Origin: Squalus acanthias
Lineage: Eukaryota
DNA: 64,000 nt
Assembly: GCA_030390025.1 (NCBI GenBank)
Contig: CM059433.1
Location: forward strand, 45,136,001-45,200,000
Direction: 5' to 3'
The first letter of the stretch is position 1; every line of letters starts with the position of its first letter. Positions 12,201 through 24,200 of this stretch are shown one piece after another. A program made the position numbers and the translations under genes. Below the pieces are notes generated by a model. The model was not told the DNA's origin and made no database searches. It saw nothing but the letters and a program-made list of their open reading frames with translations.

Positions 12201-13562
12201 ACAGCCCTAGTTATTCGATTCGCCAGGACTCTAGCCCCAGCATGGTTCAAGTGAAGCCCGTCCAAACAGAACAGCTCCCTCTTATCCCAGTACTGGTGCC
12301 AGTGCCCCACAAATCGAAACCCATTTCTCCCACACCAGTCTTTGAGCCACTCGTTCATTTCTCTGATCTTATTTACCCTGTGCAAATTTGCTCGTGGCTC
12401 AGGTAGTAATCCAGAGATTATTACCTTTGTGGTTCTGCTTTTTAATTTAGCCCCTAGCTGCTCATACTCTCTCAGCAGAAGCTCTTTCTTTGTCCTACCT
12501 ATGTCATTGGTACCTACGTGGACCATGACAACTGGATCTTCCCCCTCCCACTCCAAGTTCCTCTTCAGCCCAGAGGAGATGTCCATAACCCTGGCACCGG
12601 GCAGACAACACAGCCTTTGGGACTCTCGCTCTCTGCTGCAGTATCTATCGCCCTAACTATACTGTCCCCTATCACTACCACATTTCTTTTTACTCCCCCC
12701 ACTTGAATGGCTCCCTGTACCACGGTGCTGTGGTCAGATTGCTCATCCTCCCTGCAGTCTCTGCCCTCGTCCACACAGGGAGCAAGAATCTCGTACCTGT
12801 TAGATAAGGCCAAGGGCTGAGGCTCCTCCATCACTACCTCCTGGATCCCAATACCTGCCTCGCTTGTAGTAACAACCTCCTGTCCCTGACCATGGGCCAA
12901 ATTGGAAGTAATTACTCTAGTGGGTGTGACTGCCTCCTGGAACTTAGTGTCCAGGTAACGCTCCCCCTCCCTAATGTGTCGCAGTGTCTGAAGCTCGGAC
13001 TCCAGCTCATCAACTCTGAGCCGAGGTTCCTCGAGCAGCCAACATTTGCTGCAGATGTGGTCGCCTTGGACCTCAATGGTGTCCACCAGCTCCCACATGT
13101 AACAACAACACATTGCCTGGTCTCCCATCTCAATTAATTAATGAATTTGTTTTTAAAATTTGGAACACGTATATCTTTTAATCTACACCAAGGCACTTAA
13201 ATTTAGAGTTTGGAAAAAAGCAAGAAAGAGAAATACTCACCAACCAATCACTTACCTGCTTTCTGGTGACGTCACACTTCGATTACTTTTTACTTCTTTA
13301 CACTCATGTTGTATCGACTCCCAGCTCGGGTCCGCAGCCCCTGCTCTCGGGTCTCCTCTGCCGCGCTCTTCATCTCTCTCTCTCGCTCCCAGCTCGGGTC
13401 CGCAGCCCCTGCTCTCGGGTCTCCTCTGCCGCGCTCTTCATCTCTCTCTCTCTCTCTCTCTCGCTCCCAGCTCGGGTCCGCAGCCTCTGCTCTCGGGTCT
13501 CCTCTGCCGCGCTCTTTATTTCTCACTTGCTCCCAGCTCGGGTCCCGCTCAGGTCCGCAGCC
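9205..13562 (-). mobile_element. essentially full-length CR1 LINE (5' UTR, ORF1 zinc finger/leucine zipper + SGNH esterase, ORF2 EN+RT), disabled
   Basis: ORF1 motifs CSKC, GDS, GTND, DGLH (12182-13128); APE endonuclease GDFN/SDH (11117-11890); RT FADD (9947-10699); TSD TCTGTG at 9199-9204 and 13563-13568; frameshifts and small deletions. Confidence 0.95.
13318..13562 (-). repeat. CpG-rich tandem monomers at the CR1 5' end
   Basis: About 3.5 copies of tcccagctcgggtccgcagcccctgctctcgggtctcctctgccgcgctct + (CT)n. Confidence 0.85.
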
Positions 13563-13622
13563 TCTGTGCTGTATGATTCTATGGTTATTTGGAACGCCTT
13601 CTAACTGTGATTTCATTTGCAG

Positions 13623-13666
13623 CACCCGAGGTTCCAGTGAAAGGTGCTACTGCGGCCAGACTTTGA
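13623..13666 (+). CDS. GNPAT: GNPAT terminal coding exon with PTS1 (-ARL*)
   Basis: CTAAC branch-like motif at ~13602 and ttgcag acceptor; phase 1 gives APEVPVKGATAARL-TGA; ARL is a canonical PTS1 variant, as expected for peroxisomal GNPAT. Confidence 0.9.
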
Positions 13667-15194
13667 GCGCAGGTACTTTGCTGCGTGGCGGCTCCTGGGG
13701 CAGCTGGACCTGCATTCCACTGGTGACGGGTGGAATTTGTTCGTGTTGTTTTTTGAATCCGTGAAACCGGGCCCCAAGCCGGTTGGAAGGAAACGCCGTG
13801 GGAAATGGGTGCAGTGAGCTGATGGCTGGTTTGGGAGTCTGGGGTCAGGAAATGTTGATCTGTTCTGAACAGGAGCGTTAAATCCCTGTAACGACGGATC
13901 CTTAGTGCTCACGCTTCGAATTGCCTTCACCTATGGTGTCTTTTTCTTTTTCTTTTTTCTTTTTAAATAAGTTATGCAAGTGCAGGTTTTGTTACATGTA
14001 AACATTAATACACCCATATTACTACTGAACTGTGTTCTTGGCAGCAGCACTCGCAGTTAAAAGTGCAGCAAAGCCTAAATGGAAGAGTTTACAACTAAGT
14101 TTTTAATGTCTGTCTCACGGGGTGAAGCTGCTTGTGCTTAAATTTCTTTGAACACCTGTATGTAAATCTGGAGATCGGTGGAGACATCTCCAAGACGTGG
14201 TCATGGGCCAGAATGTTCCTGTTGTCGGCACTTCCTGAAAAGAGCCAAAGTAAAACGATAAGACCTGCTCTCAACTGAAAATTCCAGATCACAGTCACCT
14301 CAAAACCACAAAGTGGGTTTTCAGTCCAACTTCTCTCAGTTCAGGTTGAATCCTTAAAATGACGAGGATGGTGGTTTGCTTAATGCAGCAGATGCTGGAG
14401 TTTCACATCAATGACAATGTTATTAAAAGGCCACTTGAAATTGGAACATGAAATCATAAATTCCTTATAACTTTTATACTTGGTGTTTGAGGCAATGCAA
14501 CAACAGAAGCTTTTGTGAATGCAGAAACATCTAAGACAACCCAACTTAATCTAATCCAGAGCGCAGCAGTGGGTGGGAATTGCCAATTCAGTAAGTACAT
14601 TCCTACTCTTGGGACCCCAGCTATAATCAAATGGAAGTCTCATATTTCTTCTTCGTGTGGCAAATGCCAGTTTGGGTACAAAGGATTTTACTGTTGGTCA
14701 CAGCCCCATTACATACGAGACTAGAGGAGAGCCAGCAAAAATGTCCCGAATCCTGCTCTCTTCAACTTGTTCATGAAAGTTACTGAAATGACCGAAACAG
14801 TGAGCATCTGTTTATACTGTGAGTCACAATGTCGCCAGAACATCATGAAAACATTTAGCTTTGCATATGCCCAATTCTGCAGACAGCGTGCCCAAAAAAT
14901 GGTGACTGCACTTCAAAAAAAAAAGAAGCAATTTAGATGTGGAACATCTTGAGTGGTCCTGAGGATGTGATGAGGCACGAGATAAAGGTCTCCCGATTTG
15001 CATCCAAGAAATCACTCCAGAAATAGGGTCATGAGGTCACGCCAGTGTACGATAGTTTTTGCAGTCAGCAGTCAGATGATTTTTACATGTAATGGAACCA
15101 AACCATTTCAATGGCAAGAAAGCCTGCTTTATGAAAACGGAAACCAGTTTGTTAAAGGAACATTTAAAATATGTTTGGATGTATAATGTCCCTT

Positions 15195-15200
15195 AATAAA
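15195..15200 (+). terminator. candidate GNPAT polyadenylation signal AATAAA
   Basis: AATAAA at the end of a repeat-free ~1.5-kb stretch after the stop, followed by ATTAAA and T/GT-rich sequence, just before a CR1 begins. Confidence 0.5.
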
Positions 15201-15268
15201 CTAACAGTGCTAATCAAATTAAAAGCCTGCATTTTATTGATATTGTGGTCACCTCGTAGTTTTTCTTT

Positions 15269-17457
15269 CATAGAAACATAGAAGATAGGAGCAGGAGTAG
15301 GCCATTCAGCCCCACGAGCCTGCTCCGCCATTCAATGAGATCATGGCTGATCATCCAAATTCAGTACCCTGTCCCTGCCTTCTCTCCATATCCCTTGATC
15401 CCTTTAGCTTTAAGAAATATATCTAACTCCTTCTTGAATATATTTAATGAATTGGCCTCTACTGCCTTCTGTGGTAGAGAATTCCACAGGTTCACCACTC
15501 TCTGGGTGAAGAAATTCCTCCTCATCTCAGTCCTAAATGGCTTACCCCTTATCCTTAGACTGTGACCCCTGGTTCTGGACTCCCCGGCCATCGGGAACAT
15601 CCTGCATCTAATCTGTCTAGTCCTGTTAGAATTTTATAAGTTTCAATGAGATCCCCTCTCATTCTTCTAAACTCCAGTGAGTATAAGCCCAATCTCTCCT
15701 CATACGTCATTCCTGCCATCCCAGGTGAATCTTTGCTGCACTCCCTCCATGGCAATAACATCCTTCCTCAGATAAGGCGACCAAAACTGCACACAATACT
15801 CAAGATGTGGTCTCACCAAGGCCCTGTACAACTGCAGCAAAACATCCTTGTTCCTGTACTCGAACCCTTTCGCTACAAAGGCCAACATACCATTTGCCTT
15901 CTTAACCGCCTGCTGCACCTGCATGCTTACCTTCAGCGACTGGTGCACAAGGACACCCAGGTCTCGTTGCACTTCCCCTTCTCCCAATCTATTGCCATTC
16001 AGATAATAATCTGCCTTCCTGTTTTTGACACCAAAGTGGATAACCACGCATTTATCCACATTATATTGCATCTGCTATGCTTCTGCCCAATCACCCAACT
16101 TGTCCAAATCATACTGGAGTTTCTCGGCATCCTCCTCACGGCACACACTCCCACCCAGCTTTGTGTCGTCTGCAAACTTGGAGATATTACATCCAATTTC
16201 CTCGTCTAGATCATTAATATATATTGTGAATAGCTGGGGTCCTAGGACCGATCCCTGCGGTACCCCACTAGTCACTGCCTGCCACTCGGAAAAAGACCCA
16301 TTTATTCCAACTCTTTGCTTTCTGTCTGCCAACCAGTTCTCTATCCAAGTCAATACCTTGCCCCCAATCCCATGTGCCTTAACTTTACACGCTAATCTCT
16401 TATGCGGGACCTTATCGAAAGCCTTCTGAAAGTCCAAATACACCACATCCACTGGTTCTCCCTTATCTATTTTACCAGTTACATCCTCAAAAAATTCCAG
16501 TAGATTAGTCAAGCACGATTTACCTTTTGTAAATCCATGTTGACTTTGTCCGATCCTGTCACTGTTTTCCAAGTGCTCTGCTATTACATCTTTTATAATG
16601 GACTCTAGCATTTTCCCCATTGTCAGGCTTACCGGCCTATAATTCCCCGCGTTCTCTCTACCACCTTTTTTGAATAGTGGGGTAACATTAGCTACCCTCC
16701 AATCCATGGGTACTGTTCCAGAGTCTATAGAATTTTGGAAGATGACCAGCAATGCATCTGCTATTTCTAGGGCCACTTCCTTAAAATACCCTAGGATGTA
16801 GATTATCAGGCCCTGGGGATTTATCAGCCTTCAATCCCATCAATTTCCCTAACACTATTTCCCTACAAATACTGATTTCTTTCAGTTCCTCCCTCCCATT
16901 AGACCCGAGATCTCTGGGAGGTTATTTGTGTCCTCCTTTGTGAAGACAGAACCAAAGTATGTATTTAATTGGTCAGCCATTTCTTTGTTCCCCATTATAA
17001 ATTCCCCTGATTCTGACTGCAAGGGACCTACGCTTGACTTCACCAATCTTTTTCTCTTCACATATTTATAAAAGCTTTTACAGTCAGTTTTTATGTTCCC
17101 TGCAAGCTTACTCAAATGCTCTATTTTCCCCCTCTTAATTAATCCCTTTGTCCTCCTTTGCTGAATCCTATACTGCTCCCAATCCTCAGGTTTTCTGCTT
17201 TTTCTGGCCAATTTATATGTCGTCCTCCTTGGATCTTATGCTATCCCTAATTTCCTTTGTTAGCCACGGTTGAGTCACCTTTTTTGTTTTATTTTTATGC
17301 CAAACGGATGAACAAATTCTGTAGTTCATCCATGCGATCTTTAAATGTTTGCCATTGCCTATCCACCGTCAACCCTTTGAGTGACATTCCCCAATCAATC
17401 CTACTCAACTCGTGCCTCATACCATCGTAGTTTCCTTTATTTAAATTCAGGACTCTG
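15269..17457 (-). mobile_element. 5'-truncated CR1 LINE (RT)
   Basis: ORF 16075-16776 [23 protein letters not shown]; same subfamily as 305-1675. Confidence 0.93.
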
Positions 17458-17684
17458 AGTCAACTACTTCACACTCTCTTGGCTCAGTGTGAAAGCTGTT
17501 GATTTATGTATGGTTACCCTGAAGTTCTGTGGAATTTTAAATGCTTCAGCTCATGCGTACCGCCAATTCATAGTTTTGAGAAACAGCACAACTGTTCTAA
17601 CCGGGATTAATGGTGACTTCACCTGAATGGAGTCTCAGCTGGTCTGTGGTCTCGCTGCCTGACCAGTCCATGGTCCCACAGATG

Positions 17685-18530
17685 GTCCTTGAACACCCTA
17701 GTAAAACTGAAGTCAATTGGAATCAGGGGGGTGGGAGGGAGAGAAGAAACGCTCCACTGGCTGGAGTCATACCTAGCACAAAGGAAGATGGTTGTGGTGG
17801 TTGAAAATCAATCATCACAGCCTCAGGACATCGTTGCAGGAGTTCCTCAGGGCAGTGTCCTACGCCCAACCATCTTCAGCTGCTTCATCAATTACCTTTC
17901 CTCTACCATAAGGTCAGAAATGAGGATGTTCACTGATGACTGCACAGCCAATACTGTGGCAACAAGAGCAGGTCAGAGGCTGGGTATTCTGTGGCGAGTG
18001 TCTCACCTCCTGACTCCCCAAAGCCTTTCTACCATCTACAAGGCACAATTAAGGAGTGTGATGGAATACTTTCCACTTGCCTGGATGAGTGCAGCTCCAA
18101 CAACACTCAAGAAGCTCGACACCATCCAAGACAAAGCAGCCCACTTGATTGGCACTCCACCACCGGCATACCGTGGCTGCAGTGTGTACCATCTACAAGA
18201 TGCACTGCAACAACTCTCCCAGGCTTCTTCGGCAGCACCTCCCAAACCCGCAACCTCTTCCACCTCGAAGGACAAAGGCAGTAGGCGCATGGGAACACCA
18301 CCACCTCCAAGTTACACACCTTCCTGACTTGGAAATATATCGTCGTTCCTTCATCGCCGCTGGGTCAAAATCCTGGAACTCCCTCCCTAACAGCACTGTG
18401 GGAGTACCTTCACCCCACAGATTGCAACGGTTCAAGAAGGCGGCTCACCACCACCTTCTCAAGGGCAATTAGGGATGGGCAATAAATGCTGGCCTTGCCA
18501 GCGACGCCCACATCCCATAAAAACAAATAA
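17685..18530 (+). mobile_element. CR1-clade LINE 3' fragment (second family; partner of the 5590 SINE)
   Basis: [23 protein letters not shown]; 3' tail ggccttgccagcgacgcccacatccc. Confidence 0.85.
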
Positions 18531-18849
18531 AACTTTTTAAATTCATTTCTCTGCATCTTTGTATTAAAATTAATATATCTATGCTTTGAAAAACAGCTTT
18601 TGGTAAATGTCAGATGACACATGGTGAGAGGACTGGGGCCTACTTTGACTCGGTAGAAGTTGCCTCATACCAGGTTTCGTGTAACAGCTTGCTGCTGACT
18701 TAAAAAAAATATTAAATCACACTTTGAGAACCTCCATCACATTCACAGTACATTCCAAAGAAAAACTTCTCGTTTGAACAGTGGAGATTAAGGAATGAGT
18801 TGATAGATCGAGGTGTTTAAAATTCTGACTGGATGAGACAATGTAGATA

Positions 18850-19775
18850 GAATCATACAGCACAGAAGCAGGCCATTCAGCCCATCAAGTCTGCGCCGGC
18901 TCATTCGAAGAGCAATCTCATTAGTCCCACTCCCCCGCTCTTTCCCCATAGCCCTGCAATTTTTTCTCCAAGTATTTATCCAATTCCCTTTTGAAGGCTA
19001 CTATTGAATCTGTATCCACCAGTCTATCAGGCAGTGCATTCCAAATCCTAACCACTCGTTGCGTAAAAAGGTTTTCCTCGTGTCGCCTCTGGTTCTTTTA
19101 CCAATCACCTTAAATCTGTGTCCTCTCGTTATCGACCCTTCAGCCATTGGAAACAGTCTCTCTTTATTTACTCTATCTAAACACTTCATGATTTCAAAAT
19201 TCTCATCCTTGTTTTCAAATCCCTCCATGGCCTCGCCCTCCCTATTTCTGTAATCTCCTTCAGCCCCACAATCCCCCAAGATATCTGCGCTCCTAATTCT
19301 GCCCTCTTGAGCATCCCTGATTATAATCGCTCAACCATTGGTGGCTATGCCTTCTGTTGCCGAGGCCCTAAGCTCTGGAATTCCCTGCCTAAACGCCTCT
19401 GCCTTGCTACCTCTTTCCTCCTTTAAGACACTCCTTAAAACCTACCTCTTGGACCAAGCTTTTGGTCACCTGCCTTAATTTCTCCTTGTGTGGCTTGGTG
19501 TCAAATTTTTTGTCTTTTAATACTCCTGTGAAGCGCCTTGGGACGTTTTACTACGTTAAAGATATTATATAAATACAAGTTGTTTTGTTTTTGATTTTAA
19601 ACACCTCTATCAAATCTGCTCTTGGCCCTCTCTGCTCCAAGAAGAACAACCCCAGCTTCTCCAGTCTATCCACGTAACTGTAATCCCTCATCCCATTCTA
19701 GCAAATCTCTTGTGCCCTCTCCAAAGCCTTCACATCCTTCCTAAAGTGTGGTGCCCAGAATTGGACACAATGCTC
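18850..19775 (-). mobile_element. CR1 3' fragment interrupted by an L2 3' end
   Basis: TRGHRFKVIGKRTRG motif; a + strand L2 tail is nested at ~19195-19590. Confidence 0.75.
19195..19590 (+). mobile_element. L2 LINE 3' end
   Basis: ctcatccttgttttcaaatccctccatggcc...ccctaagctctggaattccct...gtgaagcgccttgggacg tail, like 50510-51125. Confidence 0.8.
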
Positions 19776-21639
19776 AAGATAGAAACAAACTCTCACCAGC
19801 GATTGAGGGGTCTAGCACAAGACAGTAGATACGAAACAAGAGGTTTATGACAGAAAGCAGGAGAAACTTTTTTTTTTTTACACTGAGGGCTGGGAACTGC
19901 ACTACAAGAGACACCATGGCAACATTTACAAATAGATTGGATAGGTGGTTGAATGGAAGGAGGGGGATAGAGGAATAGGACGAATACAGGGGGATTAGGA
20001 TACTGCTCCTGTGTAAGATAAACACCAACACGGACTGGTTGGGCCAAACAGCCTGTTGTGTGTGAGAATTCTTAAGTCGATACAAGGCATACAAAGATTA
20101 GCTCCCAACTTCCTTTTCGGATCCAACTGCAGATCACAAATTGGGAGTAAAACCCCCATTTTTAAAGATACTTACCAGGCTTCTTCAAATATTTTAAGAG
20201 CTGTACAAGGAGGAGGTTATGTGGAGACATAACTTGTAAACATTTCACATGGGTCCTTAACTGGTGAATGAGCCAAACACAGTGCAAATTGCATCAAATT
20301 CTGGCATGTTGAAGACTCACGTCAACTGTACAAACATCACGTACTTATGCACATTGAACTATTTAACTTTTTTTTTTAAATGTCCATTCCTTTTCCCCAC
20401 ATTACAACAGTGACTCCACTTCAAAAAAAAGTACTTAATTGGCTGTGAAGCACTTTGAGACGTCCAGTGGTCGTGAAAGGCGCTATATAAATGCAAGTCT
20501 TTCTTTTAATAAATTCTGTTGACCTCACTGGGAGTGGTGGTAGCTATCAACAAAGTACAAGATTAGAAGACATAATTTACATCTTAATTCCCTTCAGTTT
20601 AAATAGTGTACCCACATTAAGTTAAACTGTATCACGGCACTAGATGACAAATAGAAAATCAAGGTTAAAAATTAGAATACTTCTTTCTTTCTTTTCCCCA
20701 CCCCCTTCCCAAGAAGTCAGAGGGGCACAAGAGGGGCTCAGTTATACTAGATATGGAGGTGAAGGTATAAAACTTAATCATAGATAAACAGAGCTTGGAG
20801 GATCAAGGGGGGGGGGGAGGGGGAGAAAGAAAGGAATAAACGAGGTGAAGAAAAGCAAAATGATTAAACCGTAAAGAAAAAAGACTGCCTGTACTTGAGT
20901 GCTAGAAACATTCAGAATAAGAACGAACCAGAGGGGAGATGAGGAGTGAAGGATTTTGGAGTTTTCAATTTGGACTTTTAATACCAGCAGTTAAGGAAGA
21001 TTAAAAGAATGGGCTTGAAACCCTGGCTATGGATCTTTTTGGTACCTGCTCTTAAGCAAGGCCTATGGAGCGGGAACTGTCAGGGCAACACTTGCCCAGG
21101 AACCGTGGGCTGGATAGAGGAATGGGCTTAAAACCCTAGATTAGCAGGCTGAATATTTGATAAAAGAGCAGAATTTGGTTAAAAGTGTTTATAACAAAGG
21201 AAAGAACGCAGACTTTGACCAAAATCAGAAGGCATGTGGGGAAGCTGGACGAAGTATCATGCATATTGTTGCTTCACACTGTTGAGAGAGACTTGCTGTA
21301 CTTTCAAAGAGATAAGCAGAGAATACCATGGTTAGAGATAAGACAACTGTCTGGCTGGACCACAGAAACTGGAAAACTATCAAACATTAGCAAGCTGTTT
21401 TGCAGCAGCAGAGTATAAAAACAGCCATTTTACAGCGATTTCTGGGAGATAGAAGCAGTTCACAGATGTCAAAACCCCTCAATCTCCCAGGAGGATTTGA
21501 TCAACCTTGCTTCCGAGTTGGATTACCAGATAAGGTTGTAAGCATCTTTATCTGTAAAACTGTTGTGTCGTAATGTCAATAAAATTAATTAGAGAAGTAT
21601 CTCAGTCTCTGTTGATTCTTACCTCATATCCTAAAGAAA

Positions 21640-22400
21640 CACAAGGAGCAGAAGTAGGCCATTCAGCCCCTCAAGCCTGTTCTGCCATTCAATTAGATCA
21701 CGGGTGATCTGTACCTCAACTCTATTTACCCACTGTAGCTCCATATCCCTCGATGCACTTACCTAACAAAAATCTATCGATCTCAGTCTTGAAAGCTCCA
21801 ATTGGCCTCCAGCATCCACAACCTTTTGGGGAAGAGAATTCCAAATTCTACTACCCCGTACATGAAAAAATGCTTCCTGATTTCCCTTCTGAACAGCCTA
21901 ACTCTAAGATGGTGGATGAGGGAAGTTCAGTAGACATTGTCTACTTTGACTTCCAGAAAGCTTTTGACAAGGTACCGCCCAAGAGGCTTCTCTGCAAGAT
22001 CGAAGCCTCTGATATTAGTGGTAAAATATTGAGCTGGATTGAGAACTGGCTGGAAGGGCACAGGCAAAAAGTAGTTATAGATGGATTTGGATCGGTTTGG
22101 AGATTGGTCACCAGTGGTGTCCCGTAGGGATCGGCGCTGGGACCGTTGCTCTTTATATTTTTTTTATTTATGATCCAGATGTAGGTGTTCGAGGCACAGT
22201 CTGCGAGTTGGTTGATGATATCAAGATCTGTGCGAGTGCTAGGACTCTAGACAATGCTCGAGGGCTTCAGGCAGATCCCTTAATCATAAACACCTCGATC
22301 AGATCACCCCTCAATTATCTAAACTCAAGGGATTACAAGCCAAGTTTATGCAACCTATCCTCATAATTTAACCCTCTAAACCCCACTATCATTCTGAATA
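21640..22400. mobile_element. composite CR1: minus-strand 3' end with an opposite-strand RT fragment (21908-22275)
   Basis: [16 protein letters not shown] on + flanked by minus-strand CR1 tail sequence. Confidence 0.7.
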
Positions 22401-22428
22401 TAATCAACATGGAATCAGGACAGGCATC

Positions 22429-22434
22429 TTTATT
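22429..22434 (-). terminator. candidate SPRTN polyadenylation signal
   Basis: TTTATT on + (AATAAA on -) about 390 nt downstream of the SPRTN stop, at the end of an AT-rich unique stretch. Confidence 0.45.
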
Positions 22435-22825
22435 AGCATGGTACATAATTCAAGTAATTATTTTAGATTCAAAGATAAAAAGGTTGTAAAAACTGCAGTG
22501 AAAATGAACATTTTAATTAGCAGTGAAGAGCAAAGAAAGCATCATAGTTAATATAAAATGTACAGAAAATTGCAATGGCAACATCTTTTAGAAAAATTTC
22601 CAATGGAATAAATAAATATATTTCTCTCTTTAGAAGTCTCACTGAGACAAACAGCGGAGATCAAATTAAATCTGCAGGATATCGGGGGGGGGTGGGGGGG
22701 GGAGGAAATAAACCCCCAAATTTTAATCCACCCCTTTTTCCTGGAGATGCTTACTGATTCAGACAACATTGAAATAAAACTCATGATCTACAGCTTCACA
22801 TACAAACTACATCTCTCTCTTCCAG

Positions 22826-23626
22826 TCACTGAAGGCAGGAATCCAGGTGTTGGTTAATTACAGATGCCAAGACGGTCGAGTCACAGACAGGGCAGTTAAC
22901 AAGCGCACTGCCGGCGCTGGTAGCAAAGTCGCCAGCTGGGCCGCCCGTCTGCGATGGTCCTGCGCCCGCACCATTCCGGCTGTGCCAATTCCCAGAGTCG
23001 GCCTCGTCAGACGTGCTCGCTCCAGCAGATCGATCCCCCCGCCTTTCTGCTGCCGATTTGTTGAACGTGTGCAAGATGGACCCTCTGGGGAAGGGGGGCT
23101 CAGCCCGAACCTTTTTTCTGGCGCTTGTGCCAGAGGTGGAGCGGCCCGGTTGCTGAGGCGGCCCGTGCAATTCGGAGATGGGCCTGTTTCTGGCTACTTT
23201 TAGGCGCTTTTCCCTTCGCAGAGTCCGTTGGTTTTGTGTCGCCAATTTTAACAGGCGACCCGTTGACGCTGACAAAAGCCCTGGCGTTGCAGACTGATTT
23301 TTTAGCGGTCTTCGGGCTTGTGTGGTCGGCGGGGCGTTTCAGCAGCCACCCCGAAAGGACAGAGGGCGACCCAGCACCTGACAGGATGGGGTTGGGCGAA
23401 TTTGCAGCCCATGGAGAAGCTCCCTGCTGGTTGGATTCAACAACCCAGGACCCCGATTCACGACCCCGGGGAATGTTCTGGGAGGGCGGGCTGAGCAACT
23501 TGCTGCTCTCAGGAATCCTCGCCAAGGGCACGCGTGGAGAGGGCAAGTCGGTGCTCCTGCCTCCGAGGACATGGCCTTTTCCATTGAACGGAATGACTGA
23601 ACGAATATCCACACCCAGGGATTTAT
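22826..23626 (-). CDS. SPRTN: SPRTN (Spartan/DVC1) terminal exon, frameshifted in this assembly
   Basis: gtttag acceptor, phase 1 DKSLGVDIRSVIPFNGKGHVLG (SHP box), NARAFVSVNGSP, then in a different frame RKKVRAE (NLS-like) and UBZ4 VNCPVCDSTVLASVINQHLDSCLQ*. Length 801 = 2+799, i.e. one base too many. Confidence 0.88.
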
Positions 23627-23844
23627 CTAAACAACAGAGTGGGACAAAGATGAACAGTGATTATACACTGGACCAAACAGTTGTCTTCTGAAAATAACAT
23701 GAAAGGTATTACACAAGATCCTTCAGATCACTGAGCATTGCTCTGCACTGCAAACAAAAATGCACTGCGACTAGTTTGAGTACTGTGTAAATTATACTTT
23801 GTAGTGTGCATCATTGTCTTAATCCATGAACTTATTCATCCTCG

Positions 23845-24200
23845 GGATGTGGGCGTTGCTGGCAAGGCCGGCATTTATTGCCCGTCCCTATTTGCCCTGA
23901 GAAGGTTGTGATGGACCTCATTGAGCTGCTGCAGTCCGTGTGGTGAAGGCACTCTCACAGTAGCGCAGTGATTATGTTACTGGACTAGTAATCCAAAGAA
24001 CGTGAGTTCAAATCCCACCATGAATTTGAAGTCAGTTTAAAAAAATACTGGAAATAAAAAGCTGGTAACAACCCAACCTGTTCATCAATGTCCTTTAGGG
24101 AAGGAAACCTGCCGTCCTTACCCGGTCTGGGACTTTATGTCACTCCAGTCTCACATCAACGTGGTTGACTCTTAACTGCCCTCTGAAGTGGCCTAGCCAT
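23845..24200. mobile_element. LINE/SINE tail (-) abutting a tRNA-derived SINE (+)
   Basis: Similar to 5590-5998. Confidence 0.7.

Noticed and set aside
12182-13128. Host SGNH lipase/esterase gene
   Set aside because: It is CR1 ORF1, directly upstream of EN-RT and inside the TSD.
13160-13764. Several 110-150-aa ORFs near the GNPAT last exon
   Set aside because: They derive from the CR1 5' UTR monomers; the true coding part is the 44-nt exon.
22790-22828. Stop-codon readthrough of SPRTN (TGA-CTG, extension ending VKL)
   Set aside because: The context is not the UGA-CUAG motif and VKL is not a canonical PTS1; no supporting evidence.
23125-23691. 188-aa plus-strand ORF
   Set aside because: Antisense shadow of the GC-rich SPRTN exon; no recognisable motifs.
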